A stretch of DNA of 64,000 bases from Candidatus Latescibacterota bacterium (lineage in GTDB: Bacteria > Latescibacterota > UBA2968): contig OZ244960.1 in NCBI GenBank assembly GCA_965222605.1, positions 352,001-416,000 on the forward strand, in the 5' to 3' direction. The translations under genes and the position numbers were made by a program. The notes below the pieces were generated by a model. It was not told the DNA's origin and ran no database searches. It was given only the letters and a program-made list of their open reading frames with translations. Below are positions 28,908 to 39,479 of this stretch, piece by piece; the first letter of the stretch is position 1; every line of letters starts with the position of its first letter.

Positions 28908-30797
28908 TTACACCGTCTTAAATACCATCTCAGTTTCTTTAACCTCTGCATGTGATTTGAAAGTCAGCACCGCATTGACTTTGAGTTGATCGTTGCGCTG
29001 AAAAGCCGCGTCCAAACAGATAACCTGCGACGGGTTGGCATTGGCAAGTGCGTCAATCAACTCGGATGTCACCTCTTGTTCAAGGCAAATCAGAACCTTT
29101 CCATCCGCGATAGAAAACACCTCTTTTCCCGCCATATTCCGCTTTTCAACTTTGGTCGTCAGAGGGAATCCCGCATTCAGAAGAATCTCATACAGAATAT
29201 CCTCCGCGCTACTTTCCGTTGAAATGTGGTCAACGTGAAGCTCAAGCTGCTCTATGAGCGCGTCCGCATCGTCAACCGTGCCTTCCCACACCCTGAAGTT
29301 GGACTGGTCGAGTTTGAACGCCTTAAAGCCCAGGTCCAGCTTTCCATTGCCATTCAGATCGAGTTGACCGTTTTGCTCATCCTCGATTTGCTTCGCCGCG
29401 CGGCGGATGCGTTCTTTGCCAATATCTGCAATCGTTTCGTACCCCGTTTTATAGGCTTCTGATTTTTTATCTGTAGGTTCGGGCAATTGTACACAAATAT
29501 ATTTGCGACTGCCCCCATCCTCGGCATTCAATTGCATTACAGCATGAGCGGTTGTAGCAGAGCCTGCGAAGAAATCTATAATTATATCTCCCTCTCTGAG
29601 GGCACCTTGTTTCACTAAAAGTTTGATAAGAGAAGCGGGCTTTGGGAAGTCAAAATACCGACCTCCTATCAAGTCCCTGACCTCACGGGTTCCGTTTAGT
29701 GTATATCCAACATCTTTGGGAATAATGGATGATAACCCTGTAAATTCCGATTTTATCTCCGACAAGAATTTTTTCTCTCTCGGCCTTCCATTTGGACTCT
29801 TTGGGAAAACAATCCTGCCATCAGAAATTTTCTGTTCCATAGTTTCTCGGGAATACCGCCAGCCAGTATCCCGTGGACAGGAATATTCGATACCTCTATT
29901 TGGATCACTTATGGGATAGTGAAGGTTAGGACGCTGAGAAGCAGTAGCAAGTCCAAGAATGCTATTACTCATCCAAGGACCACGCGAATCGTTGTCGGGA
30001 TTTGAATATTTGTCAGTATCTATTTCTTTTCCCAAAATTTTAGCTTCTTCTGAGTTCTTCGCATATACGAGCACATATTCATGATCCGTCGAGGCATTTG
30101 TCTTGTTTCTGCTATCTACTATTTGACGGCTTTTCCATACAAGCTGAATAACGAAATTTTCTTCCCCAAATATTAAATCACATAGTGTTCTTAGGTTCAC
30201 AACTTCATTGTCATCAATAGAAATAAAAATCACCCCATCCTCGCGCAGCAGGCTGTAGGCGAGATAGAGGCGGGGGTACATCATATTCAGCCAGCGCGAA
30301 TGATAGCGACCGTCGGTATCTGTATTCGTCGAGAATTTGCGCCCATCTTCATCAACTTGCCCCGTATATGCCAAATAGGTTTTCAGTTCCTCACAATACT
30401 TATCGGGATAAATGAACTCCTTACCTGTGTTGTAGGGCGGATCAATATAGATCATTTTAATCTTTCCGAAGTACGCCTTCTGCAAGAGCTTGAGCACCTC
30501 CAGATTTTCGCCCTCAATAAACACATTTTCTGTCTCGTCAAAATTGACGGATTCATTCCTAACGGGCTTTAATGTGGCTGCGCTCAGCTTTTGAATGATT
30601 TTCATACACTCGGCCTTGCCCGGCCAATTCAGGCCAAAGCGTTCTGCGTCGGGGTCAACCCATTCGCCCAAAACGCGCTTGAGTTGATCAAAATCAATGC
30701 GCTCCTCGGTGAAGACCTCCGGAAATATCCTTTTGAGTGCCTCTCGCTTTTCTTCCGCGATATCCATCGACGCCAGCGTCATCTTTTCCATTGTCAC
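28908..30797 (-). CDS. mod: Type III restriction-modification system Mod (adenine methyltransferase)
   Basis: IYIDPPYNTG, WLNMMYPRL, FPKP and DFFAGSATT in beta-class order; adjacent to res. Confidence 0.95.
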   Translation of the reverse strand: MTMEKMTLASMDIAEEKREALKRIFPEVFTEERIDFDQLKRVLGEWVDPDAERFGLNWPGKAECMKIIQKLSAATLKPVRNESVNFDETENVFIEGENLEVLKLLQKAYFGKIKMIYIDPPYNTGKEFIYPDKYCEELKTYLAYTGQVDEDGRKFSTNTDTDGRYHSRWLNMMYPRLYLAYSLLREDGVIFISIDDNEVVNLRTLCDLIFGEENFVIQLVWKSRQIVDSRNKTNASTDHEYVLVYAKNSEEAKILGKEIDTDKYSNPDNDSRGPWMSNSILGLATASQRPNLHYPISDPNRGIEYSCPRDTGWRYSRETMEQKISDGRIVFPKSPNGRPREKKFLSEIKSEFTGLSSIIPKDVGYTLNGTREVRDLIGGRYFDFPKPASLIKLLVKQGALREGDIIIDFFAGSATTAHAVMQLNAEDGGSRKYICVQLPEPTDKKSEAYKTGYETIADIGKERIRRAAKQIEDEQNGQLDLNGNGKLDLGFKAFKLDQSNFRVWEGTVDDADALIEQLELHVDHISTESSAEDILYEILLNAGFPLTTKVEKRNMAGKEVFSIADGKVLICLEQEVTSELIDALANANPSQVICLDAAFQRNDQLKVNAVLTFKSHAEVKETEMVFKTV

Positions 30798-30876
30798 CTC
30801 TATTTTAATAGTTACGGTATTACCCTACCGATTTTTTTAGATGGTCAAAAAATTTCTTTTGAATCATGAAGGGAGC

Positions 30877-33800
30877 TTAAACGGAGACAATCAAATCATG
30901 TGCGTGTGAACGTCTCCACATTTGAATGGTCTCCTCAATTTTTTCTTTTTCAAAAGGAAGAAGAGAAAACTTGCTGTTAATAGCCCACATAAATTTATCT
31001 AAAACAGCCTGGCGATTCCGTTCTTCTGTGATTGCATCTAAAACTGCAAAGATGAGTGTACGGCTATATGGTATAAAAGGGTTCTGCCATAAATGATAGA
31101 CAAAATTTACAGCGACTCCAATTGCAGAATCTTCATCACAATATTTGCCACTTAATGTCTTTAAAATCTGATCCAAAGGCAAATCAAGCTGCCATTTACT
31201 TTCGCGGGCGGCCTCTATCAAAGTATCACCATTTATAGCGGTATGGCGATAATTGCTTAATACCAGGTGTATGATTTTTTTTTGATACGCGTTATTATCA
31301 AGCTGGTTGAGTTCATTGCACTTCATCAGGATAATCTGTGTCCAAATACCATCAGCATTATATGCTTTTTTAGCAAAGATACGGAGCAGAAAGTCATCAG
31401 ACCAAAGCAATTTATCAGCTTCAGAGGCCAATAAAATCGTGTCATGGAAACTTTTTCCTAACAATTTTTCTAGTTTATTTCTTTCTCCCCTATCCATATT
31501 ACCAACAGCGGAAACAGGTAGCACTTCACAGTTTTCCCAAATCCATACAAGCAAATTTTCAAGATGTTCAGATTTTCTACTTAGTTCCTCTTCGGTTATT
31601 TCCCTGCGTATATACTGACCTCCTTCGTAACCCATCGTCATCAAACTACGTCCCTGCATTCCATGTATTTCATAAATTTTTTGTTGGATTTCATCAATAG
31701 TAGATTGTGCAATACCAAGTTTGCCAAATGTTTCAACGACAATATCGTGTATTTTCAAAACATAAATGTTCATGAGAGCGATAAGGTCAATAACCAGAGT
31801 TATATTTTTATTTTGCAGCAATTTTAGAGCAGCCTCGCGTTCAAGTTCATTACCTTCGCAGCAGCGTATTCCCACATCCTCCTCACATATCAAACTACCC
31901 CAAATATCTATAGGGTGCCTGTTGGCCCCGTTCGCCAATGCGCCAATCGTTATCTTTCCTTCTTTATAGATATCTTTTGCATTATCAATTCCTTCGGAAA
32001 CGTTTCGGACCTGCTGTAAGATTGGCTCGAATTGTTGCGATACAGATTCAGGATCATCCGAGTCAAGGTCCGGTATTGTACGTTTATACAGACCTGAAAC
32101 ATTTGGAAAAAGTATCTCAAAGTTGTCCATAGAGTCGCGGCAGGCGTGGACATATTTGCTTTTAATCTCTACAATTGTTCCGTTTTCTATGCCCATAGGA
32201 CCATCCCGCAAAACGATCTTCTCATCAACCGTTTTTCCAAGAAGTTGTTGCGCTATCTTATGGCCCGGCTGTACCTCGTTACGGTCAGTTTTCACATCCT
32301 CTCTATCCTCTATAACATACCACCTGCGTTTACCAGACTCGTCTTCGACACATATCGCTGTGTCAACATCGGCTTGTGTGGCATTTAACCATTCATCATT
32401 ATCTTTTTTGTGCCTGGAAAATGCAGCAAAATATTTTAGATGTGCCTGGCTGTCGTCATAGTGTGTTCTCAGGGTCTCATAGAGTAGCTCAATCGTTTTT
32501 CTATCGTGTCCTCGTGCGCTATAGATTTCTGCAAGGCGTAAGATATTTTCTAAATCCAGCTTAGATGTGTCAATATCGCTTTGCAAGTACCTATCCACTT
32601 CATCAAGGGCTTGTGTTCTGAAATCGAGGGACGCCTTGCGCAACCGCATCAGTTCATTATCAGGATGTACCGCAAGATATCGTTCACATAGGCGGCGACT
32701 TTCCGAAAGATTGCCCAATTCTTCTTGAATCCCTGCTGCCAATTCTATTATTTCTGAAGATGGCTCTTTTTGCTGTAGGATGTTCTGGCAAATCTCAAGA
32801 GCCTGTCCTAATTCCCCTGTTTGGTAGTAACAGCACAAGAGTTTTTGGGTAAGTGGAGTATACTGGGTCCGATCAGCTATATTTTCGTACAACGCCATAG
32901 CATCACTGTATTGCTCCAATTTCTGAAGTTCTTCTGCCACAGCATCCCGTTCACGAATTGATCCAGTATCGAGCGCATAGTTTCTTGCTTCCTGCAACAA
33001 GGAAAGCGCATCTGGTTTCTGCCCCTTTTCGACGAGAATTTTAGCAGCAACAACAAGGTATAAAATATTTGTTGGGTCCTCGGCCAGCATTTTGTTGACA
33101 AGACCTTCTGCATTGTCCAAATCGCCTTTTTCAAGATAGGTGTAAACGAGCGATCGCTTGACCTCCTCAATGAGATTATGACCAGGATCCTGTTCAATGT
33201 AATCTTTCAATATTTTTATAGCATCATCAGACTGTCCAATTCGGCTGTATATATCAGCTAACGGTATAACCACGCCAGGCTGTTTAGAGCTGATTAATTC
33301 CTCAAATAATACTTTTGCTTTTTGAACGTCACCGGACTCGAGTGCAATAATTGCCCTGAATTTCTTATAGACAGGATTCTCTGGGCACAGTTCTATAGCA
33401 ATATCCAGATCTTTTGCTGCCTGTTCGTATTCCTTTTTCAATCTTAAAATTATACCGCGTTGAGCAACCCAGGCGTGCTTAACAAATTTGAGATCTGTAT
33501 CTTTTACTTTTTCCCACGCTTCTGTGAATAATTCGATAATACGATCAATAATTGATTGGGTGTCTTCATCTATTTGCCCGACAATAAAACCTTCCATACC
33601 ATCTGGCAGCATTTCAACGAGTACAAAACCTAATACTATTTTTATTTCAATAACATCTGCCGATTCCCACTCAATTCCCCGCTCGAGCCACTTCTTTGCT
33701 TCCTTTAACTTTCCGTGATGTGCAGCCATCTTTCCTAATTCAAATGCAACTTCTGGAGAGTTGCGGTGAGCTTTGGGAACACAGTCTAAGACCGTTTCAT

Positions 33801-34818
33801 AAGGCTGGTCAATTTTGCTCTGCACAAGCATTGAGTACGCTCTACTACTGGCTGGATTACGCTTAAGAACGGTTCGGACAAACTGTTTAGCTTCTTCTCG
33901 CTGCTCAAGTATTATGTGTCCTAGCGCAGCGTTCAGTAATGCCTTTTCATCTTTACTATTATACTGGAGTGCTTCAATGAGACACTTTGCTCCTCCCTGG
34001 ATATCATCAAGAGCTATATTTGATGTCCCAATATTGGTAAGGAGTCGATAACGAGTATTGCTATCCGCTTTGCTCCAAATCCGATCTCTTAAACGATTGA
34101 GAAATTCGAGTGCTACAAGTGGTTTATACTCGTTTATGAGATCACGAGAATCGTTGAGTTCTGCCTCATATTCAGATTTAAGTGCCCCAGAAATAATCGT
34201 TTCTGTCTGGATCCCCCCGTTTTGCTCAATCCGCTGAACACCCTCCGATATTTTATTTTCAGATTCCTGTTGTGCCGTCAATTTCTCTAATATTTGCTCA
34301 TTCTGAGCATTTATTTGCTCAATCTGGGCATTTCCTACCGTGGTAGCATAAAGGTCTGGGTAATATTTTTTTATTAGTTCAGGATATTCAGCAAATTTGT
34401 TTTTGATATCTTCCCAAAACCACACATGAACAGGAAAAAGTCCTTCCTTTTGATGTTGCTGAGTGATCTCTCTTGCTACCTTTTGTATCTTGGCATCGCG
34501 CAATCCTGTTGTTGCCATCACGTATTCTTTGGTTATGGGAGGAGTAAATTTCTTGGCTTTATCTACTTCATCACGCAACTCCTTCTCCGTAAGTGTTTTC
34601 TCTGCACAATTATCTTTTCCTTTGCACTGCACACCAGCCGATTCGCTTCCCCCATCCGGTTGCCCATATACATCAACCCCTGCTTGAGCTTGCCCCTTTC
34701 GCCCATTTTTCTGTGCGTTAAGATCATTCCACAACAATCGCCATAGGTCGCAACACATATCCTCAAATTCTTCCCATGATGCAGGTGGCGGAATTTGTTT
34801 GTTATGTAAGGAACTCAT
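30877..34818 (-). CDS. REase-TPR-GreA/B-C-PIN multidomain conflict/defence protein
   Basis: N-terminal Mrr-like nuclease (WEEFEDMC...GQAQAGVDV...GVQCK), a long TPR array, a GreA/B C-terminal-like segment (WYVIE...HKIAQQLLGKTVDE...IVEIKSKY) and a PIN-like region (LVIDLIAL...DTILLA...WSDDFLLR). Confidence 0.78.
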   Translation of the reverse strand: MSSLHNKQIPPPASWEEFEDMCCDLWRLLWNDLNAQKNGRKGQAQAGVDVYGQPDGGSESAGVQCKGKDNCAEKTLTEKELRDEVDKAKKFTPPITKEYVMATTGLRDAKIQKVAREITQQHQKEGLFPVHVWFWEDIKNKFAEYPELIKKYYPDLYATTVGNAQIEQINAQNEQILEKLTAQQESENKISEGVQRIEQNGGIQTETIISGALKSEYEAELNDSRDLINEYKPLVALEFLNRLRDRIWSKADSNTRYRLLTNIGTSNIALDDIQGGAKCLIEALQYNSKDEKALLNAALGHIILEQREEAKQFVRTVLKRNPASSRAYSMLVQSKIDQPYETVLDCVPKAHRNSPEVAFELGKMAAHHGKLKEAKKWLERGIEWESADVIEIKIVLGFVLVEMLPDGMEGFIVGQIDEDTQSIIDRIIELFTEAWEKVKDTDLKFVKHAWVAQRGIILRLKKEYEQAAKDLDIAIELCPENPVYKKFRAIIALESGDVQKAKVLFEELISSKQPGVVIPLADIYSRIGQSDDAIKILKDYIEQDPGHNLIEEVKRSLVYTYLEKGDLDNAEGLVNKMLAEDPTNILYLVVAAKILVEKGQKPDALSLLQEARNYALDTGSIRERDAVAEELQKLEQYSDAMALYENIADRTQYTPLTQKLLCCYYQTGELGQALEICQNILQQKEPSSEIIELAAGIQEELGNLSESRRLCERYLAVHPDNELMRLRKASLDFRTQALDEVDRYLQSDIDTSKLDLENILRLAEIYSARGHDRKTIELLYETLRTHYDDSQAHLKYFAAFSRHKKDNDEWLNATQADVDTAICVEDESGKRRWYVIEDREDVKTDRNEVQPGHKIAQQLLGKTVDEKIVLRDGPMGIENGTIVEIKSKYVHACRDSMDNFEILFPNVSGLYKRTIPDLDSDDPESVSQQFEPILQQVRNVSEGIDNAKDIYKEGKITIGALANGANRHPIDIWGSLICEEDVGIRCCEGNELEREAALKLLQNKNITLVIDLIALMNIYVLKIHDIVVETFGKLGIAQSTIDEIQQKIYEIHGMQGRSLMTMGYEGGQYIRREITEEELSRKSEHLENLLVWIWENCEVLPVSAVGNMDRGERNKLEKLLGKSFHDTILLASEADKLLWSDDFLLRIFAKKAYNADGIWTQIILMKCNELNQLDNNAYQKKIIHLVLSNYRHTAINGDTLIEAARESKWQLDLPLDQILKTLSGKYCDEDSAIGVAVNFVYHLWQNPFIPYSRTLIFAVLDAITEERNRQAVLDKFMWAINSKFSLLPFEKEKIEETIQMWRRSHAHDLIVSV

Positions 34819-34997
34819 TGACTATGCCTCTATTTTTGGAATTCGGCACCTCTACATCTGTACACTGCTGTGAATTTAAGCTACAAACTCAATATATAGT
34901 ATTTGAAAAATTCTGACAACCATATATTGCGTTCATGTTATTCCTCTATCTTACACTGTCCCATCATATCCGGCTATTATCAATCCGCTACAAATCA

Positions 34998-35025
34998 ATT
35001 ATAGTCACAAAAATACAAATTGCAA
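34998..35025 (-). promoter_or_regulatory. Putative sigma70 promoter for the TPR-PIN/mod/res block
   Basis: Minus strand reads TTGCAA, 16-bp spacer, TATAAT. Confidence 0.55.
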
Positions 35026-35049
35026 TAAACAATTTACCACATCTAAGGC

Positions 35050-35081
35050 AAAGGGCGTAAAAACAATGTTTTACGCCCTTT
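35050..35081. terminator. Perfect 13-bp hairpin downstream of the VOC gene (terminator or REP-like)
   Basis: AAAGGGCGTAAAA-ACAATG-TTTTACGCCCTTT. Confidence 0.7.
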
Positions 35082-35133
35082 ATATAATCAGATATCAATC
35101 AGGGTTAGCTATACCACTTTCACTTCTCATGCT

Positions 35134-35520
35134 CTAAAGCATCTTCTCTTTGCGATGCACCAGTTGCACGCAAACGCCCCAGGGATCGCGCAGCATCGCC
35201 AGTGTATCGCCTGCATCCGTAGGCGTGGGTTCCTGCACAACTGTTGCACCCGCCGCTTTCAAACGCGCAAAATCGGCATCGATATCCTCGGTCGAATATG
35301 CAAAATGCAGTGCCAGATGGTGCATCGAAGCGTAATCTGGCGTCTCCACTTCGGGCTGATGATAAACCTCGTACATCGTCTCCCCCTCCGAATCCGCCAA
35401 AAACGTCATCTTGATGGGCGGCGGCCCCTGGCGCACCACGCGCATACCCAGATTATCGCAATACCATTTTGCAACCACATCGGGATCATCAACCACAAAA
35501 GCAATGTGTTCAATCTTCAT
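35134..35520 (-). CDS. VOC/glyoxalase family protein
   Basis: IEHIAF, WYCDNLG, HFAY and RDPWG motifs. Confidence 0.9.
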   Translation of the reverse strand: MKIEHIAFVVDDPDVVAKWYCDNLGMRVVRQGPPPIKMTFLADSEGETMYEVYHQPEVETPDYASMHHLALHFAYSTEDIDADFARLKAAGATVVQEPTPTDAGDTLAMLRDPWGVCVQLVHRKEKML

Positions 35521-35542
35521 CTCTTTCTCCTTTACTAATGAT

Positions 35543-35570
35543 GGGCAGATAAACCGGGTCTGCCCCTAAC
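35543..35570 (-). repeat. REP-like palindrome
   Basis: Minus strand GTTAG-GGGCAGAC-CCGGTTT-ATCTGCCC, overlapping the stop codon of the upstream gene. Confidence 0.45.
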
Positions 35571-36579
35571 CCGCCATGCCTTCCAACTGCAATACATCGC
35601 TCAAATGACAGCGCACCGCCTGCCCTGGCGCGATCTCGCGCAATTCGGGAACTTCCTCCTTACATCGATCCTCAACATAAGGGCAACGCGGATGAAACGC
35701 GCAACCCGAAGGCGTATCGCCGGGATCGGCCACCTCGCCAGACAGCAAAACGCGCTTCTTCTTTTGTTTGGGATCAGGATTGGGCACCGCCGACAAGAGT
35801 GCCTCGGTATAGGGATGCGCAGGACTTTGAAAAAGCTGATCAACCGTAGCCAATTCCACAATCTTACCGACATACATCACCGCCACGCGGTCGGAGATAT
35901 GGCGCACCACACCCAAATCGTGTGCGACAAACAGATAGGTCAACCCAAACATCTCTTGCAATTCCTGAAGCAGATTGAGCACCTGCGCCTGCACAGAGAC
36001 ATCCAGCGCGGAAACGGGTTCATCCGCCACGATCAATTTGGGATGCAATGCCAGTGCCCTCGCAATCCCAATGCGCTGCCTCTGTCCCCCGCTAAAAGCG
36101 TGTGGATACCGCCGCAAAAAATGGGGATTCAACCCCACCTGAGCGAGCAATTCCCGCACGCGCACCTCCCGCTCGCGTCGATCTGCAACCCCATTGACCA
36201 GCAACGGTTCACCAATAATATCGAGCACTGTCATACGCGGATTCAAAGAGGCGTAGGGATCTTGAAAAATCATCTGCATATCTCGGCGCAGCGCCTTGAG
36301 CACATCATGGGGTGCCCGTGCAACATCGATCTCCTGCTCATCCCTGCGGAACCACACCTCGCCAGCCGTGGGAGCTATCGCCCGCAAAATCGTGCGCCCA
36401 ACCGTTGTTTTACCCGATCCGCTTTCGCCAACCAGCCCCAGGCACTCGCCTTCAAACAAATCAAAGCTCACGCCATCTACAGCCTTAACCTGACCGACAA
36501 CCGTATTAAAAAAACCGCGCGTAATGGGAAAATGCTTCTTCAGGTCCCGCACCCGCAACAGGGCGTTCTGCTCACGCAT
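35566..36579 (-). CDS. Oligopeptide/dipeptide-type ABC ATPase (OppF-like)
   Basis: [29 protein letters not shown] and GCAFHPRC motifs. ATG at 36579. Confidence 0.93.
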   Translation of the reverse strand: MREQNALLRVRDLKKHFPITRGFFNTVVGQVKAVDGVSFDLFEGECLGLVGESGSGKTTVGRTILRAIAPTAGEVWFRRDEQEIDVARAPHDVLKALRRDMQMIFQDPYASLNPRMTVLDIIGEPLLVNGVADRREREVRVRELLAQVGLNPHFLRRYPHAFSGGQRQRIGIARALALHPKLIVADEPVSALDVSVQAQVLNLLQELQEMFGLTYLFVAHDLGVVRHISDRVAVMYVGKIVELATVDQLFQSPAHPYTEALLSAVPNPDPKQKKKRVLLSGEVADPGDTPSGCAFHPRCPYVEDRCKEEVPELREIAPGQAVRCHLSDVLQLEGMAG

Positions 36580-37579
36580 CGCGCACATCCTCCCCATACA
36601 GCACACACGCAACCGCATGCCCATCTCCAACAACGAGCAATTCCGGTCTTTCGCCCGTATTGCACACCCCGTCCTGCGCCACGTCACATCGGGGATGAAA
36701 AGGACATCCCTGCAATTGCGTATAGGGATCGGGCACAGACCCCCTGATCGTTTGCAACCGCGTCTTTCTCGCCTGGCTCATCCCCGGGATAGATTGCATC
36801 AACGCCTGCGTATAGGGGTGTTTGGGATTTTCAAAAATCTCCTCTGTCGCCGCGTGTTCCACAATGCGCCCCATATACATTACCGCAACCTCATCTGCCA
36901 TTTCTGCGACCACACCCAAATCGTGTGTAATCAGCATAATCGACATCTGAAACTCGTCTTGCAAATCGCGCATCAAATCCAATATCTGCGCCTGAATGGT
37001 GACATCTAATGCCGTCGTAGGTTCATCGGCAATCAACAGTGCCGGGCGGCACGAAAGCGCCATGGCAATCATCACGCGCTGTCGCATCCCACCGCTCATC
37101 TCGTGCGGATATTGTGCAAACCGTCGATCCGCATCTGGGATCCCAACCCGATCCAGCATATTTACGGCGTGTGACCGCGCTTTCTCACCCCGCAAATTGA
37201 GATGCAACCGAATCGCCTCCACAATTTGAAACCCCACCGTATGCACCGGACTCAGCGACGTCATCGGCTCCTGAAAAATCATCGCAATCTCATGCCCGCG
37301 AATCGCGCGGATATCCTCGCCCTCATCGTCCAAATCCGTCAAACAAATCTCGCGGTTGGACCGGTGCAAAACAATCTCACCCGCCACAATTCGCCCGGGC
37401 GATGACACCAGGCGCAAAGCCGAAAAAGCCGTCACGCTCTTCCCGCATCCACTCTCACCTACAATACCCACCGTCTTCCCCCGGGGAATATCCATCGTGA
37501 CGCCATCCACAGCGTGAACCGTTCCCTCATCGAGAAAAAAGTACGTCTTCAAATTATTTATGGTCAGCACCTTATCCAA
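36572..37579 (-). CDS. Oligopeptide/dipeptide-type ABC ATPase (OppD-like)
   Basis: [25 protein letters not shown] and GCPFHPRC motifs. TTG start with AAGGAG. Confidence 0.93.
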   Translation of the reverse strand: MDKVLTINNLKTYFFLDEGTVHAVDGVTMDIPRGKTVGIVGESGCGKSVTAFSALRLVSSPGRIVAGEIVLHRSNREICLTDLDDEGEDIRAIRGHEIAMIFQEPMTSLSPVHTVGFQIVEAIRLHLNLRGEKARSHAVNMLDRVGIPDADRRFAQYPHEMSGGMRQRVMIAMALSCRPALLIADEPTTALDVTIQAQILDLMRDLQDEFQMSIMLITHDLGVVAEMADEVAVMYMGRIVEHAATEEIFENPKHPYTQALMQSIPGMSQARKTRLQTIRGSVPDPYTQLQGCPFHPRCDVAQDGVCNTGERPELLVVGDGHAVACVLYGEDVRDA

Positions 37580-37580
37580 A

Positions 37581-38333
37581 TCACACGGCTCCTTTTGCCC
37601 GCGCCATAAACGCCTTCGCACCTTCTTGCAGCCACCCCCCGCTATTTACCAGCATCATCTGCACCCCGGCAGCGGCAAATTTGCCGACATTGTCCGACGA
37701 GGTCATCGTACCCGCTATACGCCCCGACGCGATGATCTTTGCAAGCGCGTAGTCAATCGTCTTTTGTACCACTTTATTTTCCAAATCGCCAATATATCCC
37801 ATCGATGCCCCCAGATCTGAAGGCGCGACAAAAAACACATCGATCTGATCCACAGTCAGAATCTCATCCAAATTCTCCACAGCAATAATATCTTCAATCA
37901 AAATGGTGAGCAACACCTCATCATTGGCCTTTGCAAAATAATCCGCAACCCCATAGCCCTGCCGGCTCGTGAACATACCGCGCTGACCAATGGGCGCAAA
38001 TCGTCCGCCAGCCACGACATTTTCCGCTTCTTCGCGCGTATTCACATGCGGCACCACAATACCCTGCACCCCCCTGTCCAATGTGCGATAAATAAGCGTC
38101 TGATCGTTGCGATTCACGCGCACAATCGACGTCATGCCCCACAAGTCACAGGCGCGTGTGAGATTGCCCAACTCGTCAAAAGTCATCGCACCGTGCTCCC
38201 CCTCAATCCATATCCCATCAAAACCCGCAGGCCCAAATGCGTCGATATCATCTGCGTGCGTAAATCCACCGGCGATATACGCCTGTTCGCCTCGTCGCAA
38301 CTTGCGTTTCGCCCGATTCTGTCGAAGTTCCAT
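37581..38333 (-). CDS. HpcH/HpaI aldolase family protein
   Basis: WIEGEHG, IVRV, VVPHV, LIED and VAPSDL motifs. Confidence 0.9.
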   Translation of the reverse strand: MELRQNRAKRKLRRGEQAYIAGGFTHADDIDAFGPAGFDGIWIEGEHGAMTFDELGNLTRACDLWGMTSIVRVNRNDQTLIYRTLDRGVQGIVVPHVNTREEAENVVAGGRFAPIGQRGMFTSRQGYGVADYFAKANDEVLLTILIEDIIAVENLDEILTVDQIDVFFVAPSDLGASMGYIGDLENKVVQKTIDYALAKIIASGRIAGTMTSSDNVGKFAAAGVQMMLVNSGGWLQEGAKAFMARAKGAV

Positions 38334-38345
38334 AAGTCTAATCCC

Positions 38346-39479
38346 CTAACGTGAATAAGGATCGGCGGCGTCGCGCAGACCGTCGCCGACAAAATTAAAT
38401 GCGAGCACAGTAATAATCACAAAGATCACAGGCGTCAAAAGCCACGGCTGAAAAGCCACAGCCTGAACATTTTGCGCCTCTTTGAGCAACACGCCCCAAC
38501 TCGTCACCGGCGGACGCAGCCCAAGACCGAGAAAACTCAGCGAGGTCTCGCCCAAAATCATACCCGGCACAGCGAGCGTCAAACTCACGATAATATGGCT
38601 CATAAATGAAGGTAGCAAATGCCGCGTCATAATCCGCCAGCGACTCGCGCCGACAATCAGTGCAGCGGTTGCAAAATCCTCTTCTCGCAACGACAAAATT
38701 TTCCCGCGCACCTGCCGCGCCAAACCCGTCCACCCAATAAAGGACAACACAACCGTAATACCCATATAAATCTGCAAGGGCGACCACGACGAAGGCAGAG
38801 CCGCGGCCAGGGCCATCCACAGCGGAATAGACGGAAACGATCTGAGAATCTCGATCCCGCGCTGAATGAGATTGTCGATCCACCCCCCGTAGTATCCAGA
38901 CACCACGCCGATCACCAGACCGAACACAAAACTCAACGTCACCCCCACCAGCCCTATCGTCAGCGAAATGCGCGAACCGTAAATAATCCTCGAAAGCAAA
39001 TCCCGCCCGAGATGATCAGTACCCAAAAGAAAAAGCGTGCCCCCCTCATCAACGCCGAAGAGATGGACATCGGTCTCAAATAATCCCCAGAACCGATAGG
39101 GCGCGCCCCGCACAAACAAACGTATGGCATAGCGCTGTTCTCGATCTATTATGTAGAATTTCCGAAGCGTTTCCGGATGCCGCACGCCTTTAATCCCATA
39201 CACAAACGGCCGGAAATGCATCCCTTCATCCGACACAAAATTCAACCGCTGGGGCGGGGCAAACGCATAGGCAACCTGCATATGATTGAGTGTATAAGGC
39301 GCCAAAAACTCGCAAAATACAGCCACCACATAAAGCGCGACAATAACCAGCCCCGCAGCTATTGCCACGCGGTGCTTGCGAAACTTCCACCACATCAACT
39401 GCCACTGAGACGCGGCATACGCTTCCGTTTCCCCGGTCTGCACATCTCGCTCGACAACTTCTTCCCGTGGCATAGCCAT
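38346..39479 (-). CDS. ABC permease (OppC-like)
   Basis: LGTDHLGRD and EAA-loop REEDFATAA...GAS motifs. Confidence 0.93.
   Translation of the reverse strand: MAMPREEVVERDVQTGETEAYAASQWQLMWWKFRKHRVAIAAGLVIVALYVVAVFCEFLAPYTLNHMQVAYAFAPPQRLNFVSDEGMHFRPFVYGIKGVRHPETLRKFYIIDREQRYAIRLFVRGAPYRFWGLFETDVHLFGVDEGGTLFLLGTDHLGRDLLSRIIYGSRISLTIGLVGVTLSFVFGLVIGVVSGYYGGWIDNLIQRGIEILRSFPSIPLWMALAAALPSSWSPLQIYMGITVVLSFIGWTGLARQVRGKILSLREEDFATAALIVGASRWRIMTRHLLPSFMSHIIVSLTLAVPGMILGETSLSFLGLGLRPPVTSWGVLLKEAQNVQAVAFQPWLLTPVIFVIITVLAFNFVGDGLRDAADPYSR

Noticed and set aside
28908-30797. Phase-variable mod (phasevarion)
   Set aside because: No simple-sequence repeat tract seen in or upstream of mod.
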